From Octopus sinensis (taxonomy: Eukaryota): 64,000 nt of DNA. A program made the translations under genes and the position numbers. Each line of letters begins with the position of its first letter. Positions within the stretch are counted from its first letter, which is position 1. The stretch covers positions 61,318,001-61,382,000 of the forward strand of contig NC_043010.1 in NCBI RefSeq assembly GCF_006345805.1, given 5' to 3'. This document shows positions 61,267 through 64,000 of this stretch, piece after piece. The notes beneath the pieces were generated by a model. It was not told where the DNA came from and did no database searches. It saw only the letters and a program-made list of their open reading frames with translations.

Positions 61267-62328
61267 GTCTATGTGTGTGTGTGTGTGTGTGTGTGCGTGT
61301 GTATGTGTGTGTGGTGTTGTTTTTTTTTTCTCTATAAAATTTGGGAATTTGGGATTTACAGGAACAATTAAGCAATATTGAAAGGTGGGATTTTTTTTTT
61401 TTTTCCACTTGGTTTAGAGAAGAGAATTGCTGTGTGTTATTTAGTGGAGTTTCTCTGGTTGAAGCCAGAGCACGGGAGGAGGAGGAGGTGTACAAACCTG
61501 GACAGCTGCGCCAGTTATCCGTCACTCGCTGGTTCACCATATATATACACACTTTTGAGGCTACATCAGTGTAGATTTACGCGGCCACCTGAGTAAGAAA
61601 GCAAAATACATACACACACTTCACTCACGAAATAATACGACGCACAGACAGACCAGAATTAGTTTTATTTGCGGAATTTTTTTTACCAACAAGCGTCAAC
61701 ATAATGAGTCGGCAACCAAGGAAGAGGGTAGAAGCCAAGGGGAGATAAATCCAACTGTACGCAGGGGAAGGGTAGTGCTCGGCCATGGTTCAGGTCGGTT
61801 CGGGAGGGAAGGAGAGAGAGAACCGGCTTCGGGCCGCAATATCTTGGCTTATAAAAGCAAAACTAAGGTTTAATATACTGTAACGAAATAAAGGATAGTT
61901 TAGGGAACAGTGTTCTGTTGTTGGTGGGTTAAATGATGATGTAGATCGCGAATTAGTTGAGCTTGACGAAACGTTCTTAAATGGCACAGAACTGTAAACA
62001 CAAAAGTGTTTTCTGCTTTATTTATATAAAACAGGAACTCATAAAAATATATATTTTGTGTTTATTGAATGTATATAAGTTTAAGTAAAATGTATATTTT
62101 AGTTTAGAATCTTTCTGTTTTATTTTATTATTTTTTAATAAGTGAGACAAGCACGAAAGTCTCAAGTTCTTGACTCATGCCACTTTGTAACTTCTGCTGA
62201 TCAATACACACACACACACATACATATACACACACACACATACATACATACACAAACACATACATACATACACACACATACATGTATGTATGTATATATA
62301 TACATACATATATATGTATATATATATA

Positions 62329-62373
<45 letters not shown>

Positions 62374-62378
62374 GTATG

Positions 62379-62411
<33 letters not shown>

Positions 62412-62518
62412 ACATACGTACATGCATACATGTGCGTGTGTGTATTCTGTGTATATCCTCTATTTTTATATTTCCTCGCATGCATACATATACACACACG
62501 CGATTAATATATATATTT

Positions 62519-62584
62519 ATACAAAGAGAGAGAGAGAGAGCAATAAGAAAATGGAGGGGTCAATAGGTGGTATATATGTATGTA

Positions 62585-62642
<58 letters not shown>

Positions 62643-62706
62643 ACAAAAAGAGAGAGAGAGCAATAAGAAAATGGAGGGGTCAATAGGTGGTATATATATG
62701 TATGTA

Positions 62707-62760
<54 letters not shown>
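62519..62760. repeat. About 120-bp tandem duplication within TA/GA microsatellite
   Basis: (GA)n-GCAATAAGAAAATGGAGGGGTCAATAGGTGG-(TA)n occurs twice, 120 bp apart. Confidence 0.9.
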
Positions 62761-62797
<37 letters not shown>

Positions 62798-63542
62798 CAT
62801 ACATATATATATATGTATGTATGTATGTATATATATACTTTTATGTTTCAGCCTTGAGGTTACGGCCATGCTGGGGCACCTACCCTCATAAACGATCTAA
62901 AGCGAAGGGAAACTAAAAATGTATTGTCTCATCTAAAGTTTAATAATACAATATATTTTAGTAAAACATCCAAATAAATGTTCGAATGCGTGAGTGTGTA
63001 TGTTGCGCGCGATTTAAAGTTTGAATCCTTGTGAACAAAACTAGGTTTGTTTTAAAATTATAATTGATAAAAATACAAATAACTGTTGAGATTTTATAAT
63101 ACTTTTATCCCGTAACAAAATCTTTATTTCAGAGAATTGTTAATATAAAGGAAATATATTATTAAATTAATTTTAAAATATGGAGAACTGGAAATGGCAA
63201 ACATTTCGCTCTTTTTCATCTTTGAATGTTTCTTTCTGGGATTGACGAAACAACGACAGACCTACACAAATGTGCCCCCCTTCTCTGACTTTGTTTCCTC
63301 ATAACTTCCAGAAAAATGGATATTTTTGAATAAAATTTCCTACAAATACGCTTCAGATGGCGTAGATTACGATTGTATCGGAATTTATTGGGAAATATAT
63401 TTTCCGTGGGTGGGTAGAGGCCTCAGAAAAAATTTACATGAATCGGCCTTGTTTCCTCATAACTTTCAGGAAAATAGGTATTTTTTACTAAAAATTTCCT
63501 ACAAATACCTTTCAGAGGGTGTAAGTTACAATTATAACGGAA

Positions 63543-63936
63543 TTAGCAGTATCACCCGGCGTTGCTCGGGTTTGTTTCGACCGTTTAGAATTGGAATTTT
63601 TGAAAAGTAAAAATTTTGCATTATGTAGCTTGTTATTCTCTTTAAGTGAACATTTTTCTGGTTGAAATACACCGAAAAATGGCGACACAGCAGTCAAAAA
63701 ATCGTAAAAAATAGGGATTTTCTTAGAAAAAAAGCACCTTTTTTTATGTAAATAATTTTTGGTGTTAACATGGTCCGATTTGAATTTTATCTTCTACGGA
63801 AGGAAGAGCAAGCCTTCTTCTATCATACTTTCAATTTTGGTCAACTTGCACCACAGGGTCTCGGAGGAGATAGTGTTAGTTGAAGGCTACCAAACCTGCC
63901 ACACACAGACAACTTCAGCTTTATATATATAAGAGA
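63543..63936 (-). mobile_element. Non-autonomous Helitron (394 bp)
   Basis: Minus strand A|TCTCTTATATATATAAAG ... CCCGAGCAACGCCGGG hairpin ... CTAA|T: TC start, CTRR end, AT target and no TSD. Confidence 0.85.
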
Positions 63937-64000
63937 TTTAATGTGGCAAAATAAAGTGGTGAACACGCACACATACATACTGAAACACAGCACAACTTTT

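Noticed and set aside
61958-61980. TTGAG-CTTGAC-GAA-ACGT-T-CTTAA, a hammerhead-like 3' half
   Set aside because: No stem II and a non-matching core; short enough to be chance.

Overview
AT-rich, microsatellite-saturated eukaryotic DNA, most likely from a coleoid cephalopod (Octopus). That assignment is my inference from the SINE families, poly-Asn C2H2 genes and (TA)n load; no database check was run. I can support only two host genes, both C2H2 zinc-finger genes with apparently uninterrupted ORFs, arranged tail-to-tail: a 5-finger protein (20573-21694, +) and a 14-finger protein (38092-40515, -). Each has a splice acceptor a few bases before its ATG. The rest is transposon debris: several SINE families, RTE, CR1 and RLE-type LINE fragments, mariner and maT elements, TTAA-flanked piggyBac-type MITEs, two non-autonomous Helitrons, and two adjacent 20-bp minisatellites. 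The most notable signal is about a dozen short motifs, from unrelated sequence families, that fold into the minimal type-I hammerhead ribozyme topology (stem I, core, stem II, GAA, palindromic helix III, NUH, stem I'). Several sit inside 100-300 bp fold-back palindromes, often next to (TA)n. Their cores show covariation at the C3-G8 tertiary pair (C3:G8, G3:C8, U3:A8) and a recurrent U4C variant. This fits a diverse, mostly decayed population of Penelope-like or retrozyme-like mini-elements. No ribozyme activity can be shown from sequence alone, and many repeat boundaries are approximate.
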